Below are positions 18,479 to 26,540 of a DNA stretch of 40,986 nucleotides, in pieces (within the stretch, counting starts at the first letter, position 1; each line of letters starts with the position of its first letter). The notes beneath the pieces were generated by a model, which made no database searches, was not told the DNA's origin, and saw only the letters and a list, made by a program, of their open reading frames with translations. The translations under genes and the position numbers were made by a program. Origin of the DNA: Myxococcota bacterium. Its GTDB lineage: Bacteria > Myxococcota_A > JAVEVO01. The stretch is taken from positions 1 to 40,986 of the forward strand of contig JAVEVO010000055.1 in the NCBI GenBank assembly GCA_034005005.1, in the 5' to 3' direction.

Positions 18479-20197
18479 ATGCGAGAGTGCCGTCAATGCG
18501 GCTGGAAGGGCGAGGGGACCCGCTGCCCCGTCGATGGGCTGCTCACCGTCGATCCCCTCGAGCTCACCGAGCCGGACGACCCCAACAGCTTGATCGGCCA
18601 GGTGATCGGCGACAAGTACCTGGTCGAGTCCCGTCTCGGCAAGGGGGGCATGGGGACCGTCTGGCGGGCCCGGCATCGCCTGCTGAATCACGGCGTTGCG
18701 CTGAAGGTCATCGACCCGGCGGTCGCGGATCCCCAGCAGGCCTCCCAGCGGTTCTATACCGAGGCGCTCTCCTGCAGCCGGCTCAGCCACCCCAACACGA
18801 TCCGCATCTTCGACTTCGGGATCCTGCCCCAGGGCTCGTTCTACATGGTCATGGAGCTGCTCCGGGGCCACGACCTGCAGGCCGAGCTGAACCATCACGG
18901 GGCGTTGTACCCGCTGCGCGCCGTACGTATCGCCCGGCAGGTCTGCAAGTCCCTCAGCGAGGCCCACGCGGCGGGGGTGATCCACCGTGACCTCAAGCCG
19001 TCCAACGTCTTCCTCGCCGAGGTCCACGGCGAGCCCGATCTCGTCAAGGTGATCGACTTCGGCATCGCCAAGCTCTTCGCAGTGGAGTCGAGCGCCGCGC
19101 TCACGGGCACCGGGACCTACCTCGGCACTCCGCGCTACATGTCGCCGGAGCAGGCCAGCGCGAGCCGGGTCGACCTGCGCACCGATCTCTACTCCCTCGG
19201 GGTCGTGCTCTACGAGATGCTCGTCGGCACCATCCCCTTCGAGGCCTCCGCCCCCACCGCCCTGCTCCTGGCGCACACGATCCAGGCCCCGCGGCCGCTC
19301 CCCGAGACCCTCGCCGGCGTCGTGCCCCCGCCGGCCATGCGTGAGCTGGTCGCCGGGCTGCTGGCCAAGGACCCCACCGAGCGGCCGGCCAGCGCGGACG
19401 AGGTCGCCCTGCGCCTCGCCACGGTCGAGGCCGATCTGCTCGCGAGCGGCTGCACGGACGCGCTCGCCCGGGACGAGAGCCGGCAGCGCGCCGCCCTGGC
19501 CGAGGCGCGGGACGAGACGTCCCTCCCGGCCCCGCCCCCCGTCCGGCTACCGCCGGCGGGCCCCGCCGGGGGCGCTCCCGGTGACCTGCCGGCCGGCGTC
19601 CTCGTCGACCGCGGGCCGCCGGCCGGTCCGGCGGACTCCCGCGAGCTCCGGCCCCGGTCCGGGAGGGGCTGGCTGGTCGTCGGGGCCTTGCTCTTCGTCG
19701 TCGCGTTCGGGGCGGGCGGTCTCGGCCTGGGGCTGTTGCTCCGTGGCCAGCAGGCGCCGACGGCTCCAGGCGCGGTCCCCGCACCCGGGCCGGCGGCCAG
19801 GGCCGCCTCCGGCGAGGCGGCGCCGACCCCGTCCCCGGACGGGACGCCGCCCCCGGCGGTGGCCGCGGCGGCCCTGGGGACCGGCCCCGCGCGGGTCCAG
19901 GTCACCTCCGTGCCGGCGGGGGCGCGGATCGAAGAGGACGGCCGGCTCCTCGGAGTCACCCCCCTCGAGCTGCCCCCCGGAGCGGAGCACCGGTCCCTCG
20001 TCCTGAGCTTGCCGGGGTACCACGCCGCGACGGTGATCGTCGACGGTCGGGGAGGGGGGCCGCGTGCCGTCGTGCTGGAGCCGCTGACCCCTCCGTCCGG
20101 GCCGCACCCCGGGCGCTCCGGGCGCCCCGCCGGCCGGCCTGGTGCCCAGGCCCGGGACCAGCCGGCGGGTGAGATCCAGGTCGACTACGGGTTGTGA
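18479..20197 (+). CDS. serine/threonine protein kinase with N-terminal zinc ribbon and C-terminal PEGA domain
   Basis: Zinc ribbon CRQCGWKGEGTRCP. Kinase motifs GKGGMGTV, HRDLKPSNV, DFGIAK and GTPRYMSPE are present. A TM helix WLVVGALLFVVAFGAGGLGLGLLL follows. The terminal PEGA-like block is RVQVTSVPAGARIEEDGRLLGVTPLEL. Confidence 0.85.
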   Translation: MRECRQCGWKGEGTRCPVDGLLTVDPLELTEPDDPNSLIGQVIGDKYLVESRLGKGGMGTVWRARHRLLNHGVALKVIDPAVADPQQASQRFYTEALSCSRLSHPNTIRIFDFGILPQGSFYMVMELLRGHDLQAELNHHGALYPLRAVRIARQVCKSLSEAHAAGVIHRDLKPSNVFLAEVHGEPDLVKVIDFGIAKLFAVESSAALTGTGTYLGTPRYMSPEQASASRVDLRTDLYSLGVVLYEMLVGTIPFEASAPTALLLAHTIQAPRPLPETLAGVVPPPAMRELVAGLLAKDPTERPASADEVALRLATVEADLLASGCTDALARDESRQRAALAEARDETSLPAPPPVRLPPAGPAGGAPGDLPAGVLVDRGPPAGPADSRELRPRSGRGWLVVGALLFVVAFGAGGLGLGLLLRGQQAPTAPGAVPAPGPAARAASGEAAPTPSPDGTPPPAVAAAALGTGPARVQVTSVPAGARIEEDGRLLGVTPLELPPGAEHRSLVLSLPGYHAATVIVDGRGGGPRAVVLEPLTPPSGPHPGRSGRPAGRPGAQARDQPAGEIQVDYGL

Positions 20198-20199
20198 GG

Positions 20200-21330
20200 A
20201 TGTCTGCAGAGCACGGCGTGCGCGGTACATTGCAACGAGACCTCAGCGGGAGCCAGGGACCGCGGGCGCGGCGCCGGCGTCCGGGCTGGCTGCCGTCCGG
20301 GGTGCTCCTCCTGCTGCTCGGTGCTGCCGGGGCGAGCGCGGCTGCGCCGCGGCCGGCCAACACCGAACTCCAGGACCTGGTCGACGCGGCCGACGAGCTG
20401 TTCCGCGCGGGAGACCATGCCGCGGCCCTCGCCGGCTACCAGGAGGCCCTGCGTCGCTCCCCGCTCCCCGCCCTGCACTACCCCATCGGGCGGTGCCTGC
20501 AGGAGCTCGGGCGCCTCCCCGAGGCGCTGGCGTCCTTCGAGACCTTTCTCGCCGGCCCCGCGCCCGCGGCCGCCCGGATCAAGGTCGAGCACATCGTCGC
20601 GCAGCTCCGCCGGCAGCTCGCGCAGGGGCGCCTGGTGCTCCAGGTGGAGCCCTTCGGCGCCGCGATCCTCGTCGATGGCGAGCTGGTGGGCCGGGCGCCG
20701 TTGCCCCCGTGGCCGGTCACCCCCGGGGAGCACGAGCTCGTGGTCCGGCAGGCGGGGTACCAGGAGGACCGGCGTCGGGTGAGCGTGCCGGGGGGTGGGG
20801 AGCTGGTGGTCGTGGTCCTGCTCGCCCCCCTCGCCGAGGTCGTCCCGTCGGGCGCCGCGCCGCCCGCCCTGGCCGCCGAGCCACCTGCGGCCGGCGCCCC
20901 GGGCGGGCCGGTCGCGGCGGGGGGGAGCACCGCGGCCTCCCCCGGCGCGCCGCCCGCGGCCGGCCTCGGCTCCCCGGCGCCTCCCGGCGCGGCCAGCCGC
21001 CTCCCCGCCCTGCTCGTCCTCGGTGCGGGCCTGGCCTGTGGCGCGGTGGGCGGGACGCTCCTCGTCCTCGGCGACCTGGACCACGGGGCGATCGAGGAGG
21101 CCCCGGGGTACGGGAGCGGGGAGGTGGTCCAGATGACCCGGAGCCGGGCCCTCGCGCTGGAGGCCAGCGGCGACGGCAAGAAGCGGTGGGGGACGATCCT
21201 CGCGGGGGCCGGGGGCGCGGCGGTGGCTGCGGCCGGGCTGCTCGTCCTGCTCCGGCCCACGACGGCGGGGCCCGTGGCCGTGACCCTGCAGCCCGGCCCC
21301 GGCGGGTTCGCCCTCCAGGGGAGGTTCTGA
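20200..21330 (+). CDS. secreted TPR + PEGA domain protein
   Basis: Signal peptide WLPSGVLLLLLGAAGASAAAP. A TPR-like region (ADELFRAGDHAAALAGYQEALRRSP...) is followed by a PEGA-like block RLVLQVEPFGAAILVDGELVGRAPLP...GEHELVVRQAGYQE and a C-terminal TM. An alternative GTG start at 20194 overlaps the kinase stop (GTGA). Confidence 0.7.
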   Translation: MSAEHGVRGTLQRDLSGSQGPRARRRRPGWLPSGVLLLLLGAAGASAAAPRPANTELQDLVDAADELFRAGDHAAALAGYQEALRRSPLPALHYPIGRCLQELGRLPEALASFETFLAGPAPAAARIKVEHIVAQLRRQLAQGRLVLQVEPFGAAILVDGELVGRAPLPPWPVTPGEHELVVRQAGYQEDRRRVSVPGGGELVVVVLLAPLAEVVPSGAAPPALAAEPPAAGAPGGPVAAGGSTAASPGAPPAAGLGSPAPPGAASRLPALLVLGAGLACGAVGGTLLVLGDLDHGAIEEAPGYGSGEVVQMTRSRALALEASGDGKKRWGTILAGAGGAAVAAAGLLVLLRPTTAGPVAVTLQPGPGGFALQGRF

Positions 21331-21332
21331 CC

Positions 21333-22565
21333 GTGGCTCGGCCGCGTGCGACCTACCTCCTGGCCCTCCTCGTCCTGCTGAGCGGGCCCGGTCTGCCGGG
21401 GTGCCGGCAGCCCGATGTCGCCGGCCAGCTCTGGCACTGCCGCGTGGACGCCGACTGTGGCGGTGGCTGGAGCTGCCGCCAGGGTGTCTGCCGCCCCCCG
21501 GGCTGGACCCCGCCCCCGGATGGCGGCTCCCGGCTGGACGGGGGCGAGGAGGTCGATCAGGGCCCCGCGGACGACGCGCAGCCGGGCGACGGGGGGGCTG
21601 CCGATGCGCAGCGCGCGGACCTCGGCCCCGACGACCTCGGCCCCGACGACCTCGGCCCCGACGACTTCGGCCCCGATGACCTCGGCCCCGACGACCTCGG
21701 CCCCGACGACCTCGGCCCCGACGACCTCGGCCCCGACGCCGGTGGGTGCGGTCCCTGCGGCGCCGGGCAGGAGTGCGACCGGCTCGGGGTCTGCCGACCG
21801 CGGCAGCTCCTCGTGGCGGAGGGGAGCTTCCTCCTCGGCAGCCCGGCGGGAGAGGTCGGCCGGGAGGCGGACGAGAGCGCTCACCTCGTGCAGGTCTCGT
21901 CCTTCCTCATCGACCGGCGGGAGGTCACCAACGCCGACTACCTGCGCTGCCGCCAGGAATCCCCGAGCTGCCCGGCCCCCCTGCAGTGCGACGCGGGGCT
22001 GCCGGACTGGAACCCCAGCGGCGAGTCCTTCCCGCCGGCCCTCGGGGACCACCCCCTGCGCTGCGCGACCTGGGCCATGGCCGACGCCTATTGCCGCTGG
22101 GCCGGCAAGCGGCTGTGCACCGAGGCCGAGTGGGAGCGGGCGTGCGCCGGTGCGGCGCACCGACCCTTCCCCTGGGGCGACTGGCCCCAGGCCCCCGAGC
22201 GCTTCCTCAACTGCACCGAGGGGACCTGCCATGACGGGCACGCCGGGACCGCCGCCGTGGGCAGCTTCCCGGAGGGGGCCACGCCGGAGGGTGGCCTCGT
22301 CGACCTCGCCGGCAACGTCGGCGAGTGGGTCCAGGATTTCTACCAGGCGGCCTACCAGGAGGACGACCCCGTCGACCCCCGTGGGCCTTGCCACGGCGTC
22401 GGACCCTGCGAAGGGTTCCTCTCCCGGGTGCTGCGGGGTGGATCCTATATCTCTTCTAGGTCTAAAGTACGCTGTTCCGAGCGTGGAATGGGACTAGAGT
22501 CCCCGGTGGAGGGCCTGGCTCCGGCCACGGCAGGCATCCGCTGCTGCCAGGACGCTCCGCCGTGA
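21333..22565 (+). CDS. lipoprotein with formylglycine-generating-enzyme (FGE-sulfatase/SUMF1) domain and DLGPD x8 tandem repeat linker
   Basis: Lipobox LLSGPGLPGC. The FGE-domain motifs are EFLLGSP...AHLVQVSSFLIDRREVTNADY, RLCTEAEWERAC and VGEWVQD...RVLRGGSY. The GTG start sits 2 nt after the preceding stop. Confidence 0.75.
   Translation: MARPRATYLLALLVLLSGPGLPGCRQPDVAGQLWHCRVDADCGGGWSCRQGVCRPPGWTPPPDGGSRLDGGEEVDQGPADDAQPGDGGAADAQRADLGPDDLGPDDLGPDDFGPDDLGPDDLGPDDLGPDDLGPDAGGCGPCGAGQECDRLGVCRPRQLLVAEGSFLLGSPAGEVGREADESAHLVQVSSFLIDRREVTNADYLRCRQESPSCPAPLQCDAGLPDWNPSGESFPPALGDHPLRCATWAMADAYCRWAGKRLCTEAEWERACAGAAHRPFPWGDWPQAPERFLNCTEGTCHDGHAGTAAVGSFPEGATPEGGLVDLAGNVGEWVQDFYQAAYQEDDPVDPRGPCHGVGPCEGFLSRVLRGGSYISSRSKVRCSERGMGLESPVEGLAPATAGIRCCQDAPP
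21621..21740 (+). repeat. 8 x 15-bp tandem repeat (ctcggccccgacgac) encoding (DLGPD)8
   Basis: Direct reading finds 8 consecutive 15-bp units with only 3 substitutions, in frame inside the FGE lipoprotein linker. Confidence 0.9.
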
Positions 22566-22653
22566 GTCAGGGGCTCTGGTACCTTGGTGCGGCGATCCTG
22601 ACCGATCGGCAGGCCGCGGGCGGCTGACTGGACCGCGTCCGACGGGGACGGGC

Positions 22654-22683
22654 TTGACGCGCCCGTCGGCGCAGCGCTACTGT
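22654..22683 (+). promoter_or_regulatory. candidate sigma-70-like promoter TTGACG-N18-TACTGT embedded in a 7-bp inverted repeat (gacgggc / gcccgtc)
   Basis: The element lies about 35 bp upstream of the kinase start at 22718. This is a pattern-only call. Confidence 0.25.
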
Positions 22684-22717
22684 CCGGGCATCGGCGACGC
22701 GCGAGGTCCTGTTCATC

Positions 22718-23986
22718 ATGCACATCTGCCCCAACTGTGGCCGACGCGGGGAGCGGGGGATCTGCCCCCACGACGGGTTCCCCATGCTGGACGAGGCGCT
22801 GCAAGGGCGGCGTCCCGTCGAGGCCGACCTGCTCGGGCGGGTGTTCCAGGGCCGCTACCAGGTCACGGCGCTCCTCGGCAAGGGGGGCATGGGCTGGGTC
22901 TTTCGGGCCAGGCACCTCAAGCTCGGCCAGGAGGTGGCCCTCAAGGTGCTCCGGCGGGACGTCGGCGACGACCTGCGGCTGGTCAAGCGGTTCTTCCTCG
23001 AGGCCCGGACCTGCGCCCAGTTGCGGCACCCCCACACGATCCGGGTCCACGACTTCGGTGAGAGCGAGGACGGCTTCCTCTACCTGGCGATGGAGTTCCT
23101 CGCCGGCCACCCCCTCTCCCGGCACATCGCCCGGGGGCCCCTCGACCCCCGCCGGGCGGCGCGTCTGGCCATGCAGGTGTGCCAGTCCCTCGACGAGGCC
23201 CACGACGCCGGGCTCGTCCACCGCGACCTGAAGCCCGACAACATCTTCCTGTGCAAGATCCACAAGCTGGACGATTTCGTGAAGGTCCTCGACTTCGGCA
23301 TCGCCAAGCTCGCCGAGGGGGCGGGGGGGGAGCGGCTGACGGCCACCGGCACGGTCGTCGGCACGCCGTCCTACCTCTCGCCGGAGCAGGCTCAGGGGCT
23401 GCCCCTGGACCGTCGCTCCGACCTCTTCGCGCTCGGGGTCACCTTGCACGAGATGCTCACGGGGCAGCCGCCCTTCGAGGGGCCCTCCGCGGTGGCGACC
23501 CTGGGCAAGATCGTCCTGGAGCCCCCGCCGCCTCTGCCCGCGTCCGTCGCCGGTCAGCCGGTCCCGCCCGCCCTCCGGGAGCTGATCGAGCAGCTCTTGG
23601 CCAAGCAGCCGGCCGCGCGGCCCGCCTCGGCCGAGGAGGCCGCCCATCGCCTGGAGGCGTTCGCGGGGGATCCGACCTCTGGCGTCGGCCGGCTCGTCCC
23701 GCGTCCGCACGGCGCGCCGGCCGGTTCGCCGGCTGCTCCTGCTCCCGGCCCGGTGGACGACCAGGCGCCGACGGTCATCGGGCTGGAGCCGCCGCCGCTC
23801 CCGGTGGCGACCCTGCCCACGGGCCGGGCCGCGGCGCGGCCCGGCCCGCCGTTGCTGGTGGTGGTCCTCATCGTGCTGCTTGTGGGGATCGGGCTGGGAG
23901 GGCTCACCGCGGGGCTGGTCTTCCTCGGCTCCTCGGGGGAGGCCGGCGACGCGACCCCGGCCCCCGCAGCCACGGCAGCGCCCTAG
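22718..23986 (+). CDS. serine/threonine protein kinase with N-terminal zinc ribbon and C-terminal TM anchor
   Basis: Zinc ribbon CPNCGRRGERGICPHDG. Kinase motifs GKGGMGWV, ALKVL, HRDLKPDNI, DFGIAK and GTPSYLSPE are present. The C-terminal TM helix is LLVVVLIVLLVGIGLGGLTAGLVFL. Confidence 0.85.
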   Translation: MHICPNCGRRGERGICPHDGFPMLDEALQGRRPVEADLLGRVFQGRYQVTALLGKGGMGWVFRARHLKLGQEVALKVLRRDVGDDLRLVKRFFLEARTCAQLRHPHTIRVHDFGESEDGFLYLAMEFLAGHPLSRHIARGPLDPRRAARLAMQVCQSLDEAHDAGLVHRDLKPDNIFLCKIHKLDDFVKVLDFGIAKLAEGAGGERLTATGTVVGTPSYLSPEQAQGLPLDRRSDLFALGVTLHEMLTGQPPFEGPSAVATLGKIVLEPPPPLPASVAGQPVPPALRELIEQLLAKQPAARPASAEEAAHRLEAFAGDPTSGVGRLVPRPHGAPAGSPAAPAPGPVDDQAPTVIGLEPPPLPVATLPTGRAAARPGPPLLVVVLIVLLVGIGLGGLTAGLVFLGSSGEAGDATPAPAATAAP

Positions 23987-24026
23987 CCCCCGTGCGGCTC
24001 GCGACGACCGGTCGGAGGTGAGGTGG

Positions 24027-25718
24027 ATGTCGGCTCGTCCGGCGTGTCCGAGGTTCCTCGGGATGGTCCTGCTCCTGGTCGGCTGCCATGGGGAGTCGAA
24101 CCCCGGTGGCCCGGCGGACCAGGGGGGAGCGAGGCCACCGGATCAGGAGGTGGTCCGCGATGCGGGCGATGACCTCGAGCCGGGGGACCACGACCTGGGC
24201 CCGGCCCGGGACCAGGGGAGCGCGACCGACGTCCACGGGGAGCGGCTGGACCTGCGTCCGGGGGCGGACGGGCCAGACGGTGCGCCGGACCTGCAGCCGG
24301 AGGGAGACGGACCCGACGCGTCGGACCTCCCGCCCCTGGACCAGGGCGGCGGGACCGGCGCCCTGGAAGGCCTCGCCCTGAGGATCGGCGCGGCCGATCT
24401 CACAGGGACCCTGGTCCAGGTGGCGGGGCTCGATTTCTCCTGCCTGACCGACGCCAGCGGTGCCTTCCGGCTCGTGGACGTCCCCATCGGCTCCTACGCG
24501 GTGGTCGCCTCCTACCCGGGCTTCGCCACGGCCCGGGCCTCGGACGTCCAGGTCGTCGCCGGGCAGACGGCCCAGGTCCCGCACCTGCGGCTGGCACCCT
24601 TGCCCGGAGCGGTCCTGGGCACCGCGACCCGGGGGGGCGCCCCGGCGGGCGGCCACGGCGGGATCCTCCTCGCGATCGCCGGGACGGACTGCCAGACCAC
24701 CACCGCGGACTCGGGGGCCTTCACCCTCGGCTCGGCGGTCTGTGTGCCGCCCGGCCGGCACGTGCTGAGCGCGACCGCCGCGGGGTACTTCCCGGCCGCC
24801 AGCGATCCCTTCGACCTCGGGCCCGGCGAGACGCGGGAGCTGCCGCCCCTGCTCCTCGTCCCCGACCTGGACGGCGATGGCCGCGCGCCCGCTCCCTGGG
24901 GCTCCGACTGCGACGACCGGAACTCGGCGGTCTGGCTGCCCGCGTGCGGCGACCGGCAGTGCGGCGACGACGGCTGCGGCGGAAGCTGCGGGAGCTGCCC
25001 CGACTACCACCGCTGCGTCGATGGGCACTGCCAGTGCTTCCCGGACTGCCGGGGCTCCACGAGCTGCGCGCTGGGCGCCGATGGCTGCGGGGGCAGTTGC
25101 CAGGACTGCGTCGCCGGTCACGTCTGTGTCGGCGCCGTCTGCGTCTGTCCGGCAGGACAGCGCGAGTGCCAGGGGAGCTGCCAGCTACCCAACGCGTGCG
25201 GCGGCTGCAGCGCGCTGCCCGTCGCGGGGAGCGCCGCGGGCGATTGCCTGGTCTACCAGGGCTGCGCGAGCCCCGAGGCCCGCCACGTCGTCTCCGCTTG
25301 TACGCCCGGGCAGTGCTGCGTCGGCGGGGTCTGCCGGAGCTGGCTGCGCCGGGAGGACAACCACGTCATCCTCTACGAGGACGTCAACTACGGTGGCGGC
25401 CAGTGGGTCTCGGGCAGCACCTGGAACGACAATGATTTTTCGAACGACTCCTTCGACGACGGCACCGGCCTCAACGACGAGGCCTCCTCCTTGAAAATCC
25501 GGATCAGCGAGTGCCTCACCTTCTGGCTGGCCGAGGATTCGAGTCAGCAAGGGGACAAGATCATCATCACCGGCAACAATGGCTGGATCGAGATCCCCGA
25601 TCTGCACCGGGTCCCCTCCACCGATCGCATCGCGCGCGATGGCTTCCCCGACAATTTCAACGACGTGGCCTCCTCCCTGTCCTGGATCCAGACCGGCAGC
25701 GACTGCTTCTGCCCCTGA
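24027..25718 (+). CDS. Cys-rich lipoprotein with carboxypeptidase-regulatory-like beta-sandwich domains and C-terminal beta/gamma-crystallin-like domain
   Basis: GGAGGTGAGGTGG ribosome-binding site then ATG, with lipobox LLLVGCHG. Two CarboxypepD_reg-like blocks are present (GTLVQVAGLDFSCLTDASGAFRLVDVPIGSYAVVASYPGF; GGILLAIAGTDCQTTTADSGAFTLGS...HVLSATAAGYFP). The next stretch holds 30 or more Cys in CGG/CxxC spacing. The crystallin Greek-key-like region is VILYEDVNYGGGQWVS...KIIITGNNGWIEIPDL. Confidence 0.7.
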   Translation: MSARPACPRFLGMVLLLVGCHGESNPGGPADQGGARPPDQEVVRDAGDDLEPGDHDLGPARDQGSATDVHGERLDLRPGADGPDGAPDLQPEGDGPDASDLPPLDQGGGTGALEGLALRIGAADLTGTLVQVAGLDFSCLTDASGAFRLVDVPIGSYAVVASYPGFATARASDVQVVAGQTAQVPHLRLAPLPGAVLGTATRGGAPAGGHGGILLAIAGTDCQTTTADSGAFTLGSAVCVPPGRHVLSATAAGYFPAASDPFDLGPGETRELPPLLLVPDLDGDGRAPAPWGSDCDDRNSAVWLPACGDRQCGDDGCGGSCGSCPDYHRCVDGHCQCFPDCRGSTSCALGADGCGGSCQDCVAGHVCVGAVCVCPAGQRECQGSCQLPNACGGCSALPVAGSAAGDCLVYQGCASPEARHVVSACTPGQCCVGGVCRSWLRREDNHVILYEDVNYGGGQWVSGSTWNDNDFSNDSFDDGTGLNDEASSLKIRISECLTFWLAEDSSQQGDKIIITGNNGWIEIPDLHRVPSTDRIARDGFPDNFNDVASSLSWIQTGSDCFCP

Positions 25719-26525
25719 TCAGGCCGCGCAGGACCGGTGTGAGGTGGGTGGCTTGACCCCGGCCAGCCGGAAGCCCTCCAGCGCGCGCTCGGTGACGTCG
25801 GTCTCCAGGGCCTTCTCGTAGACCACGTCGAGGACGTAGACCTTGGCCCGCAGCCGGACCGCGAGGTAGCCCTCGTCGATCACCTCGGAGACGCTCACGT
25901 TCCAGGGCTTCTCGAGGTAGGCGTAGGTGGAGGAGACCACTGCCTCGCCGAGGATCCGCTTGGGGATGGCGAGGTCCTGGTCGACGCCGACGAACAGGTC
26001 GATCTGCACCAGCATGTCCAGGGCGCCGTAGTTGCCGCTCGAGACGAGGTCGGTGAGGAACTTGTTGTTGGGGATGGTGACGACGTTGTCGTCGAGAGTG
26101 ACGAGCTGCACCGAGCGCAGCCCCAGGGAGGTGATCTCGCCGTAGACCCCGCCGAACGCGACCCGGTCGCCGACCTGGAAGGGCTTGTCGATGAGGATGG
26201 TGATGCCGGCGATGACCGAGGCCGCGAGGTCCTTCAGCGCGAAGCCGAGGGTGACCGCCACCGTGCCCCCGAGCGCGAGGACCATCTCCTTGGAGAGGTT
26301 GACCGACAGCAGGAAGGCTGCGCTGATCCCGGCGACGAAGAGCAAGAAGCGGGTGAAGGAGCTGACCTGGTTGATCTGCAGGCGGCGGTCGGTGAAGCGG
26401 CGGCCGAGCCCGTCGAAGAAGCGGGACAGCAGCCGGCTGATCGCCCAGGTTGCGAAGAGCACCACGGCCGCGGTGAGCAGGCTGCCCACCCGGAAAAACT
26501 CGATGATCTTCGTCGCGTCTTCCAC
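25719..26525 (-). CDS. small-conductance mechanosensitive channel (MscS family) core
   Basis: Three TM helices are followed by the MscS signature GGTVAVTLGFALKDLAASVIAGITILIDKPFQVGDRVAFGGVYGEITSLGLRSVQLVTLDDNVVTIPNNKF. The GTG start follows a GGAGG ribosome-binding site. It sits 15 nt downstream of the preceding gene. Confidence 0.85.
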   Translation of the reverse strand: MEDATKIIEFFRVGSLLTAAVVLFATWAISRLLSRFFDGLGRRFTDRRLQINQVSSFTRFLLFVAGISAAFLLSVNLSKEMVLALGGTVAVTLGFALKDLAASVIAGITILIDKPFQVGDRVAFGGVYGEITSLGLRSVQLVTLDDNVVTIPNNKFLTDLVSSGNYGALDMLVQIDLFVGVDQDLAIPKRILGEAVVSSTYAYLEKPWNVSVSEVIDEGYLAVRLRAKVYVLDVVYEKALETDVTERALEGFRLAGVKPPTSHRSCAA

Positions 26526-26540
26526 GGTGGACCTCCGCCG

